Source: Candidatus Nitrosomarinus catalinensis (GTDB lineage: Archaea; Thermoproteota; Nitrososphaeria; Nitrososphaerales; Nitrosopumilaceae). From it: 32,000 bases of DNA. The DNA lies in contig NZ_CP021324.1 in NCBI RefSeq assembly GCF_002156965.1, positions 600,681 to 632,680 of the forward strand. The letters run 5' to 3'. The position numbers and the translations under genes were made by a program. Numbering within the stretch: the stretch's first letter is position 1; every line of letters starts with the position of its first letter. The notes under the pieces are model-generated. The model was given only the letters and a program-made list of their open reading frames with translations, was not told the DNA's origin and made no database searches. Below are positions 1-7,000 of this stretch, piece by piece.

Positions 1-1
1 T

Positions 2-934
2 GATAATTCTGTTTATGCTGCACGAGATCCTAAAGGATTTCGTCCGATGGTTTTAGGACATAAGGAATCTGATGATACATACATTGTAACTTCTGAATCA
101 GCAGCTGTAACTGCAGTTGCTGCAACGTTACAACGTGATGTAACTCCTGGTGAATTAATCAAATTAAGTAAAAATGGTTTGGAGACTGAAAAGTTTTCAG
201 ATGACAAGTCTCGTGCACATTGTTCTTTTGAATTTACTTACTTTGCACATCCATCAAGTATGATGGAAGGCCATAACATTTACGTTTCTAGAAAAAACAT
301 TGGAAGATTTATGGCAAAAAAATTCCCAATTAAAGATGCAGATTTAGTAATACCTGTTCCAGATTCAGCAAGACCTGCAGCCTTGGGTTACGCACAAGAA
401 CTTGGAGTATCCTTTGATGAAGGCCTTCTCAAAGATAGATACAGCAAGAAAGGTCCTTTGAGAAGTTTTATTGAACCACATCAAAGTGACAGAGTAGAAA
501 TTAACAGATGGATTATTCCAATTAGTGAAATAATTAGAGACAGACATGTTGTAGTTATTGATGATAGTTTGGTAAGGGGAACAAGTTCTAAAGCTATTAT
601 CAAAGCACTCAGAAGAGCAGGGGCTAAAAAAATCAGCATGTTAATAACATATCCTCAAATCAATTATCCTTGTTATGCTGGAATTGATTTCCCATCTCAA
701 GAGGAACTTGCAACATTCACTAATGGTAAAGAAATGACTACTGAGGAAATAACTGAAATGGTTAGAAAAAGTATCGGTGTTGACTTTTTGGGATACAATG
801 ATGCTGAGAATTTAGCTGATGCAGTTGGAATGCCAAAGGATTCCATGTGCTTTACATGTTCATCTGGAAATTATGATTCTCTTGGAATAAAACCTGACTT
901 TACAAAACGTGAACAAGTCAAAGCAAAAATTTAG
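2..934 (+). CDS. purF: Amidophosphoribosyltransferase, C-terminal part (5' end outside window)
   Basis: The frame is open from nt 2 (DNSVYAARDPKGFRPMVLG...), so the ATG at 47 is internal. PRTase motif VVVIDDSLVRGTSS and PurF-like sequence throughout. Stop at 932-934. Confidence 0.9.
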   Translation, partial: DNSVYAARDPKGFRPMVLGHKESDDTYIVTSESAAVTAVAATLQRDVTPGELIKLSKNGLETEKFSDDKSRAHCSFEFTYFAHPSSMMEGHNIYVSRKNIGRFMAKKFPIKDADLVIPVPDSARPAALGYAQELGVSFDEGLLKDRYSKKGPLRSFIEPHQSDRVEINRWIIPISEIIRDRHVVVIDDSLVRGTSSKAIIKALRRAGAKKISMLITYPQINYPCYAGIDFPSQEELATFTNGKEMTTEEITEMVRKSIGVDFLGYNDAENLADAVGMPKDSMCFTCSSGNYDSLGIKPDFTKREQVKAKI

Positions 935-1023
935 TTTGATAACAAAGTTTTAGGTAATTTAAATTATAAATTATCCACAAACGATTAAGATTTGATTAAA
1001 TATGGTAATTTTCTAATAATTTC

Positions 1024-1302
1024 ATGAAAGCAATGTGGAACAATGTTGTAATTGCTGAAAGTGACAATACTGAAATTGTTGAAGGAAATCATTATTTCCC
1101 ATTTGATTCGATAAAGTTGGAATTTTTTACAAAAACTGAACTAACTACAGTATGCGGTTGGAAAGGAAAAGCAAATTATTATTCGGTAACTGTAGATGGT
1201 AAAACCAACAAAGATTGTGCATGGTATTATGCCGAACCTAATGATGCAGCAAATAAGATCAAGGGTATGGTTGCATTTTGGAATGGAATAGACATAAAAT
1301 AA
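1024..1302 (+). CDS. DUF427 domain protein
   Basis: 92 aa. Pattern EGNHYFPFDSI...CGWKGKANYYSV...AWYYAEP...VAFW matches the DUF427 signature as I remember it. Confidence 0.7.
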   Translation: MKAMWNNVVIAESDNTEIVEGNHYFPFDSIKLEFFTKTELTTVCGWKGKANYYSVTVDGKTNKDCAWYYAEPNDAANKIKGMVAFWNGIDIK

Positions 1303-1361
1303 ATATTATTTTTAATACTTTTTCCTATCAGTTAAATTCTATTAAATTTCAACATAATTAA

Positions 1362-2186
1362 TTGAAGTTTCTAACTAGTGGAAAAGTAAAAGATCTATAT
1401 GAAAAAGATGAATATTCACTACTTTTCAAATTTTCTGATAGGGTATCTGCTTATGATGTAAAATTTAGTCAGGATATTCCAAAAAAAGGCCAAGTTTTGT
1501 GTCATTTTGCTGAATTTTGGTTTGATAAACTAGATGTTCCAAATCATTTCATAAAAAGAGAATCTGAAACTGAAATTTCAGTAAAAAAAATGAAAATGAT
1601 TCCTATGGAATGTGTAGTTCGAGGCTATTTTTATGGTAGTTTAATTGGTCGATGGAAAAATGGTGATGTAGAATTACCAGAGGATACTGATACCCAAATG
1701 GCTGCAAAATTAACTGAACCGTTTTTTGATCCAACTACAAAGTCTGAACATGATATTCCTGTTGACAAAACAAAAGCATTAGAAATGAATCTAGTTTCTG
1801 AAGAACAGTACTCCTGGTTGGAACAAACATCTGTTGATATTTATGCTCAAATGGCAACTATTGCCGATAATGCTGGTTTTATTTTAGCTGATTTAAAATT
1901 AGAATTTGGAATTTTAGATGGTAAAATTGTTTTAGGGGATTCAATTGGACCTGATGAATATAGATTGTGGCCAAAAGAATCCTATGCTATTGGAAAAATT
2001 CAAGAATCATACGACAAACAAATTTTGCGTGATTGGCTAACTGCTAATGGTTATCAAAAACAATTTGAAGATAATAGAAAAAACGGTAAAGAACCTGTTG
2101 CTCCAGAAATTCCTTCTGAAATAATTCAAACAATTACTGAACGTTATGTAATTGCATATGAGAAATTAACTGGATTATCTCTTTAG
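1362..2186 (+). CDS. purC: Phosphoribosylaminoimidazole-succinocarboxamide (SAICAR) synthase
   Basis: 274 aa with a TTG start. N-terminus GKVKDLYE...FSDRVSAYDV and LADLKLEFG are typical of PurC. Confidence 0.9.
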   Translation: MKFLTSGKVKDLYEKDEYSLLFKFSDRVSAYDVKFSQDIPKKGQVLCHFAEFWFDKLDVPNHFIKRESETEISVKKMKMIPMECVVRGYFYGSLIGRWKNGDVELPEDTDTQMAAKLTEPFFDPTTKSEHDIPVDKTKALEMNLVSEEQYSWLEQTSVDIYAQMATIADNAGFILADLKLEFGILDGKIVLGDSIGPDEYRLWPKESYAIGKIQESYDKQILRDWLTANGYQKQFEDNRKNGKEPVAPEIPSEIIQTITERYVIAYEKLTGLSL

Positions 2187-2542
2187 ATAACTTCTATACG
2201 TAATGTTGACTGTTAGCTAACTTTCAACTCGAATATTGATTTTCATATTATCTTGATCATATCCCTACATGGCCTATTTGACGACATATGTTTTGAAATT
2301 TCATTTTTTTCATATTTTTTTAACCCCTACAATATTATTCAATGCAGTATTAATTACTATCAAACGCTATTATGATTATTGTAGTGCTACTATATTATTT
2401 AGATGCATTACAATAGTTTTTGTAGCATAAGGTATTTTTTTAAAATTGGTACTAAGTTTATTAAAGTAAACAAAAATTGATGCGATTAGACAAAAAAATA
2501 TGATACAAGGATCTTTTAGATCAGATTAAAATCAATTCTTGT

Positions 2543-3046
2543 ATGTCTACATTATTAGAAAAAGAGATTAAAGTAAATCGTATTGTTACTACGAGCACAG
2601 ATGATGCACGCGCAATTGAAGACCCTGCACGAGCAAAAATAGTAGAAATTCTATATCGACAGACAATGTCTGCTGATCAAATATCCACTGCACTAAAAAA
2701 ACACGGATTCAAAAAAGCACTTACTACAGTAAGACATCATTTGGAAATTTTAAAAAATTCTGGATTAATTGAAATTGCAAGAATTGAAGAATCTAGAGGT
2801 GCTATCACTAAATTTTACAGCACTTCTACAAAACTCTTAGATTTTCAAACACCTGAAAACTTTGATTCAACATATTCAAAAATCATTGATAATACATCTG
2901 AGAAAATTGAAAAGATTCTCAAATCTCTTGGACCTAAAACTGGTAAATCTAAGGGTAAGAAATCTAATGAATATTCGCAATATTTGGTAATGGAAATTAT
3001 GAATAGGGCGATGACTAACGTGCTTGAAAAATCCAATAAAAAATAA
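2543..3046 (+). CDS. ArsR-family winged-helix transcriptional regulator with C-terminal extension
   Basis: ARAKIVEILYRQTMSADQISTAL...TVRHHLEILKNSGLIEI is a classic ArsR/SmtB wHTH. About 350 bp of AT-rich non-coding leader lies upstream. Confidence 0.75.
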   Translation: MSTLLEKEIKVNRIVTTSTDDARAIEDPARAKIVEILYRQTMSADQISTALKKHGFKKALTTVRHHLEILKNSGLIEIARIEESRGAITKFYSTSTKLLDFQTPENFDSTYSKIIDNTSEKIEKILKSLGPKTGKSKGKKSNEYSQYLVMEIMNRAMTNVLEKSNKK

Positions 3047-3154
3047 TTTGTATTGTTTTTTATTTTGCGATCTGTTCATTCTTTCATTGTAAAACCAAAA
3101 TGCTCAAAATTTTGATAAAAATATGATAAATTTTGCATATCCAAACTTTATTTT

Positions 3155-3586
3155 ATGGATGTTACAAATTGTAGAAAAATGACTGATGAAAAAGTTGTAA
3201 AATTATTTTCAGAAAAAAATCTTGTTTTCATTGCAACTATAATGAAAGATGGCTCTCCCCAGGTTTCTCCTGTTTGGGCAAATTATGAGGATGGACTTAT
3301 CTTAGTAAATACTGCTGAGGGTAGGATAAAACACAAAAATATCTTACGTGATCCTCGTGTTGCAGTGTCCGTTACCTCCAATGACAATCCTCTTGATATG
3401 ACCACAATTCGAGGTAAAGTAATTGAAATAATTTCTGATGCCGATTACTCTCATGCAGATAAATTAACTCAACAGTATATGGGACGTCCTAATTATCCCT
3501 TTAAGCAAGAAAATGAGAAACGAATCATTTTGAAAATTAAGCCTGAAAAAATTTTTGTTTTACCTGAGTTGCAGATGTCTGATTGA
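3155..3586 (+). CDS. Pyridoxamine 5'-phosphate oxidase (PPOX) family / FMN-binding split-barrel protein
   Basis: 143 aa. LVFIATIMKDGSPQVSPVWANYEDGLILVNTAEGRIKHKNILRDPRVAVSV is a typical PPOX-class pattern. Confidence 0.7.
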   Translation: MDVTNCRKMTDEKVVKLFSEKNLVFIATIMKDGSPQVSPVWANYEDGLILVNTAEGRIKHKNILRDPRVAVSVTSNDNPLDMTTIRGKVIEIISDADYSHADKLTQQYMGRPNYPFKQENEKRIILKIKPEKIFVLPELQMSD

Positions 3587-3606
3587 TTTACGTCTGTGGA
3601 TTTATA

Positions 3607-3633
3607 ATGTTTCTAAATTCGAATTTAGAAATA
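3607..3633. repeat. Palindromic 27-nt intergenic repeat, copy 1 (ATGTTTCTAAATTCGAATTTAGAAATA)
   Basis: Perfect 22-bp palindrome TTTCTAAATTC/GAATTTAGAAA at 3610-3631. Lies between convergent gene ends (3586 and 3679). Confidence 0.9.
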
Positions 3634-3678
3634 TGGTATATCTAATACGTTAATTTTTAAAAAAGGTGATTTGACAGC

Positions 3679-4089
3679 TTAACGTTTTCGTTTAGCTGCC
3701 TTTCTCTTTGGAGCGGCTTTGCGTTTTGGAGCAGCTTTACGTTTTGGTGCTGCTTTCTTTTTAGCTGCCTTTCTCTTTGGAGCTGCTTTCTTAGCTGCAG
3801 TTTTTCGTTTTGGAGCGGCCTTTTTCTTAGCTGCCTTACGTTTTGGTGCTGCTTTCTTTTTAGCTGCCTTACGTTTTGGAGCGGCCTTTTTCTTAGCTGC
3901 AGTTTTTCTCTTTGGTGCTGCTTTCTTAGCTGCATTCTTCCTTCGAGTTGCTGCTGCCTTTCTCTTACGAGCTGCTGCTGCCTTTAGTGCTTCAGCTGCT
4001 TTCTTAGCTGCATTCCTCTTACGAGTTCTTGCTGCTTTCTTAGCTGCTTCAGCTCTTTTGGCTTTAGATATTGCCATGACTTTTTTCAA
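3679..4089 (-). CDS. Highly basic Lys/Ala/Pro-repeat protein (histone H1 C-terminal tail / AlgP / Hc1-like); likely true start is the ATG at 4077
   Basis: About 8 tandem AAPKRKAAKKK-type units follow a non-repetitive N-terminus MAISKAKRAEAAKKAARTRKRN. Position 4089 is TTG and the in-frame ATG is at 4075-4077. An AT-rich TATA-like stretch lies upstream on the minus strand. Confidence 0.7.
   Translation of the reverse strand: MKKVMAISKAKRAEAAKKAARTRKRNAAKKAAEALKAAAARKRKAAATRRKNAAKKAAPKRKTAAKKKAAPKRKAAKKKAAPKRKAAKKKAAPKRKTAAKKAAPKRKAAKKKAAPKRKAAPKRKAAPKRKAAKRKR
3690..3930. repeat. Coding tandem repeat (about 33-nt period, imperfect) inside the Lys/Ala-rich gene
   Basis: Repeated GCTGCCTT(A/T)CG/CTTTTGG(A/T)GC(G/T)GC... 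units. Differences between copies are mostly synonymous at the protein level (AAPKRK kept). Confidence 0.85.
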
Positions 4090-4179
4090 AAATAGTATGT
4101 GTTATGTAGTAAAAGTCACACAATACTACGCTTACTATAATAAAATTTGACACTTTTTTTATTTTTTAAAATTTATCGA

Positions 4180-4665
4180 TCAACAATTTGTTAGACAAAT
4201 TGATGCCGTATCTACTGTTGCTTGATCCTTTTGCGGTCTTATGACAATTTTATAATTTTCATCTTCATCAAATGGAATGTCAAATTGTGTTGTAACTTCA
4301 ATTGGTTTGTTTGGTTCTAATCCTACCAACCATAGGTCTTTTGATGAAAATTCACCAAAAACTGCCTTATGTTTTTGATCCTTTTCATCAATCAGGAAAA
4401 ATTGTCCTCCAGACACAACTGTATTTTCATCACTGATATTTTTTGCAATAATGCCAATTTTTACAAATGTATTTTCTGGCTCTGTCTCTTTATCCCCATC
4501 ATGTGTGCCCTCAAAAGTTACTATGTATTCCACTGGCCCTACGATGACTGTTTCTCCTTCACTAACTTCGATGAAATTGGTTTGATATTGCATGTACATG
4601 TAATTTGCTAGTACCATTGAACCAATTATTGCTCCAATTACAATTACTAAGCCCATTCGTGCCAT
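4180..4665 (-). CDS. N-terminally membrane-anchored extracytoplasmic protein (possible DUF4352-like beta-sandwich)
   Basis: 161 aa. N-terminal TM segment GLVIVIGAIIGSMVLANYMY is followed by a beta-rich domain (FVKIGIIAKNISDENTVVSGGQFFLIDEKDQKHKAV). The family assignment is tentative. Confidence 0.55.
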   Translation of the reverse strand: MARMGLVIVIGAIIGSMVLANYMYMQYQTNFIEVSEGETVIVGPVEYIVTFEGTHDGDKETEPENTFVKIGIIAKNISDENTVVSGGQFFLIDEKDQKHKAVFGEFSSKDLWLVGLEPNKPIEVTTQFDIPFDEDENYKIVIRPQKDQATVDTASICLTNC

Positions 4666-4759
4666 AATTTGTCACTCATTTTTTGATATATAGTTGCAAC
4701 GTAAATTTTCATTTTAGTATTTTGAAGTTTTTTATATTGTAGGGAAAAATTATGTCAAA

Positions 4760-5265
4760 ATAGGGGGGTATTTGGGACGATTAATTGACTATTTTTTCAT
4801 AAATTTCATTATTTTGAATTATTTTTTACCTGGATTGTACTTGTTTTCAAATTCATTTTTGGGAAATATTTGCTCAATTTCTATGAATTTTTTCTACAAA
4901 TTCACTTAATTTGTGGGGGTTTAGCTTTTACGCCTACTTTAGAAAGATTACCCATCCTTTGTTGGGATACCTTGGTGGAATTGCCCTTGCTTTTTGTATC
5001 TAGGCATAAGTGTTAAACCCCCCATCAAAATGCCTGTTTTCCAAAATTTCATCATATGCCTGAAACCCTTTTTTTCATAGGGGGGTTTAACGCGTAGGCA
5101 TGAACTTGTAGTTTTATCATTATTTGCAATTTTGTTCATTCATTTTCAAAAATATTTTTTATGAATATTTTTGTCCATTTTTTAAACAATATCCTTTCCA
5201 AAAATTTCATCATATTATCACATGATTTGTTTTTTGATAATATTTTGTTGTTTTACCCCCCCCCT
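4760..5265. other. Gene-free region with G/C homopolymer runs and complementary hairpins (candidate structured ncRNA or regulatory DNA; strand unknown)
   Basis: G6 at 4763-4768, G5 at 4915-4919, C6 at 5018-5023, G6 at 5080-5085, C9 at 5256-5264. A 12-bp perfect inverted repeat pairs 5012-5023 with 5080-5091. See findings. Confidence 0.4.
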
Positions 5266-5306
5266 TTAAGGAAGAAATAGTTTGTCCATTTTTCATCTAT
5301 GATTTT

Positions 5307-5756
5307 TTAAAATGTTTTTAATAGAAATCTGGCTGTTTTTTCATGTTTATCTGAAACACTGTCTATTGCTTCAAACATTGCTTGTTGGTTGATGTTATCT
5401 TTGTCATCTAATACGACATAGACTGCAATTTTTTGTTTTCCATCTTCGTTGATTATTTTACTTATTGCTTCAATTGAATTGCAAAAATCTGAAACTTTGT
5501 TGGCAAATTTTGTTCTTTCTTCTTCATTAAATCCTCTGTATCTGATAATTTGATTATTCTTCATTTCTATTTTTGCCCCTATTACTAGAATTCCTAATTG
5601 TGCTTTTGGTTCAAAAATTTCTACTGGTATTCCGTATTGGCCTGCATGTTTTACTAAAATTTGGAATGTGTTTTCTTCATTCTTGACTTGATCAAATGAC
5701 AAACTTTCATGAATTAACCATCTTTCTACATTATCTCTCATTCTTGATGCACTCAT
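5307..5756 (-). CDS. Hypothetical cytoplasmic protein (possibly DUF2299/YbjN-like; uncertain)
   Basis: 149-aa ORF with normal composition and an ATG start. No motif I can assign securely. Confidence 0.5.
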   Translation of the reverse strand: MSASRMRDNVERWLIHESLSFDQVKNEENTFQILVKHAGQYGIPVEIFEPKAQLGILVIGAKIEMKNNQIIRYRGFNEEERTKFANKVSDFCNSIEAISKIINEDGKQKIAVYVVLDDKDNINQQAMFEAIDSVSDKHEKTARFLLKTF

Positions 5757-5821
5757 TGTTGAATTTTTGAATTTACTTCTATATGATTCTAAATTTGATA
5801 AATTGCTAGTATCAATTAGAT

Positions 5822-5848
5822 ATGTTTCTAAATTCGAATTTAGAAATA
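5822..5848. repeat. Palindromic 27-nt intergenic repeat, copy 2
   Basis: Core identical to copy 1, with the perfect palindrome at 5825-5846. Lies between two minus-strand genes (3' end at 5882, start at 5756). Confidence 0.9.
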
Positions 5849-5881
5849 AGTTAAATTTAGGATGGGAAATTAGCGTGTTGG

Positions 5882-6109
5882 CTAGACGTTAACATTAAAG
5901 CCTGGATTGCTCACAACGTCAACTCCTAATAGCATGATGTTGAAAATAATTCCAATTACCATCATCACAATTCCTATGTATATGCAATTTTTTGCTTTAC
6001 GAGGATCATCTTTTCTGATGATCAAATAGCCAATAATTCCTCCAATCATTCCTATGAATATTGGAAGCAAATACCATGCATTACTTCTTGGTTTTTCTGA
6101 ATAAGTCAT
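5882..6109 (-). CDS. Small two-TM membrane protein
   Basis: 75 aa. Two hydrophobic helices (WYLLPIFIGMIGGIIGYLII and IYIGIVMMVIGIIFNIMLLGV) flank a basic loop RKDDPRKAK. Begins 4 nt after the upstream gene's stop. Confidence 0.55.
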   Translation of the reverse strand: MTYSEKPRSNAWYLLPIFIGMIGGIIGYLIIRKDDPRKAKNCIYIGIVMMVIGIIFNIMLLGVDVVSNPGFNVNV

Positions 6110-6113
6110 AAAA

Positions 6114-6362
6114 TTATTTTGTTAAAGCTACTTTTTTCTGTAACTGTGTAATCTCAATTTCTACAGTTTCTAGTGGATCTTCTACTTGATTTCTTTTTAT
6201 TGAAAACATTTTTGGTTTTTCAAAGTCATCTGTACAATCTGGACATGCATAAACTAACACTCTGTGTTCATTCGGTGCTTTTGGATTGGATAATCTGGGA
6301 TAATATACCAGTCTTGCACCACAATCCACACAATATCTATTGGCTCTTCTAGTTCTAACCAA
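6114..6362 (-). CDS. Small zinc-ribbon protein
   Basis: 82 aa. CVDC...(23 aa)...CPDC four-Cys ribbon with a coiled-coil-like C-terminus. TTG start, and no in-frame ATG nearby. Confidence 0.55.
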   Translation of the reverse strand: MVRTRRANRYCVDCGARLVYYPRLSNPKAPNEHRVLVYACPDCTDDFEKPKMFSIKRNQVEDPLETVEIEITQLQKKVALTK

Positions 6363-6449
6363 TGTAAACTTCCTGCATATTGTTATTGCCCGATCATGTA
6401 TTAGATCTATGTTGTCTAATTGAGTAAACCAATTACTTACAACCGATCA

Positions 6450-6476
6450 ATGTTTCTAAACTCGAATTTAGAAATA
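6450..6476. repeat. Palindromic 27-nt intergenic repeat, copy 3 (one T>C change)
   Basis: ATGTTTCTAAACTCGAATTTAGAAATA. The substitution becomes a G-U wobble only if the minus strand is transcribed. Confidence 0.85.
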
Positions 6477-6519
6477 TAATCTTCTTTCTGTTAGTGATAC
6501 ACTAGATTAAAGATAAAAA

Positions 6520-6546
6520 ATGTTTCAAAACTCGAATTTAGAAATA
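6520..6546. repeat. Palindromic 27-nt intergenic repeat, copy 4 (two changes); candidate terminator or processing hairpin for tRNA-Asn
   Basis: ATGTTTCAAAACTCGAATTTAGAAATA begins 7 nt after the tRNA 3' end on the minus strand. A T6 run follows it on that strand (A6 at 6515-6520 on the plus strand). Confidence 0.8.
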
Positions 6547-6553
6547 TAAAATG

Positions 6554-6627
6554 CGCCTCCCACCAGACTTGAACTGGTGACCCACTGGTTAACAGCCAGT
6601 TGCTCTACCACGCTGAGCTAGGGAGGC
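6554..6627 (-). tRNA. tRNA-Asn (anticodon GUU), no intron, CCA not encoded
   Basis: Reverse complement is GCCUCCC-UA-GCUC-AGCGUGGUA-GAGC-A-ACUGG-CUGUUAA-CCAGU-GGGUC-ACCAG-UUCAAGU-CUGGU-GGGAGGC-G. Perfect cloverleaf of 74 nt. It is the only strongly GC-rich segment in this part of the window. Confidence 0.93.
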
Positions 6628-6694
6628 ACATGGTTTAACCTTGACAAAAGTGATTTAATCTTTGCGACTTAGGACTTTGAAGGATTTAATGAAG

Positions 6695-6985
6695 TTAATT
6701 ATTAAATTTTGAAAAGAATTCTTTAATTTCTTTAGAACGACTTTCTACTAAACCGACAATTTCTAAATGTTCATCGGCAGTAGGATCTCTTTTTTGTGAA
6801 TATTGAAATGCACTCAGTATTGAGCCAACTAATTCTCCTACAAAAAACCCACACAGAAAATCTCCCACATTTTCACAATCCCAAATATCTCCTACAGTTG
6901 GAGATACACCTGCTGCTTTGTAAGCCTCTAATGTTTGATCAATAAATTCTGTAGTTGTTTTAACAAACTCTGGATCAATATTCAT
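6695..6985 (-). CDS. Hypothetical protein, last gene of the r-protein transcription unit
   Basis: 96-aa ORF starting 16 nt after the uL6 stop. No recognisable motif. Confidence 0.5.
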   Translation of the reverse strand: MNIDPEFVKTTTEFIDQTLEAYKAAGVSPTVGDIWDCENVGDFLCGFFVGELVGSILSAFQYSQKRDPTADEHLEIVGLVESRSKEIKEFFSKFNN

Positions 6986-7000
6986 AAGTTAGTAGAAATT

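Noticed and set aside
2226-2237. 12-mer AACTCGAATATT shared between 2226-2237 and 17182-17193, resembling the half-site of the palindromic repeat
   Set aside because: In an AT-rich 32-kb window, many 12-mers recur by chance (tens of pairs by a rough estimate). There is no flanking similarity to the 27-nt element.
3657-4150. ORFs at 3657..3935 (minus, LQLRKR-repeat) and 3719..4150 (plus, FGAAF-repeat) overlapping the Lys/Ala-rich gene
   Set aside because: These are shadow frames generated by the low-complexity GCN/AAG repeat. The K/A frame has an ATG, a non-repetitive N-terminus and an upstream AT-rich promoter-like region. The others are pure repeat read-through.
4948-5139. 63-aa ORF across the G/C-run region (minus strand)
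   Set aside because: It has an odd composition and spans the inverted repeats. It has no plausible start context and looks like a chance ORF in non-coding sequence.
5040-5220. ATGATGA (C-box-like) motifs on the minus strand within the two TTTCATCATAT direct repeats, considered as possible C/D-box sRNAs
   Set aside because: No properly spaced D or D' (CTGA) boxes and no terminal stem could be found, so a C/D sRNA call is unsupported.
3607-6546. The four palindromic repeats considered as a CRISPR array
   Set aside because: Spacing is irregular (about 2.2 kb, 0.6 kb and 70 bp) and protein-coding genes lie between copies. There are no cas genes. This is not a CRISPR array.
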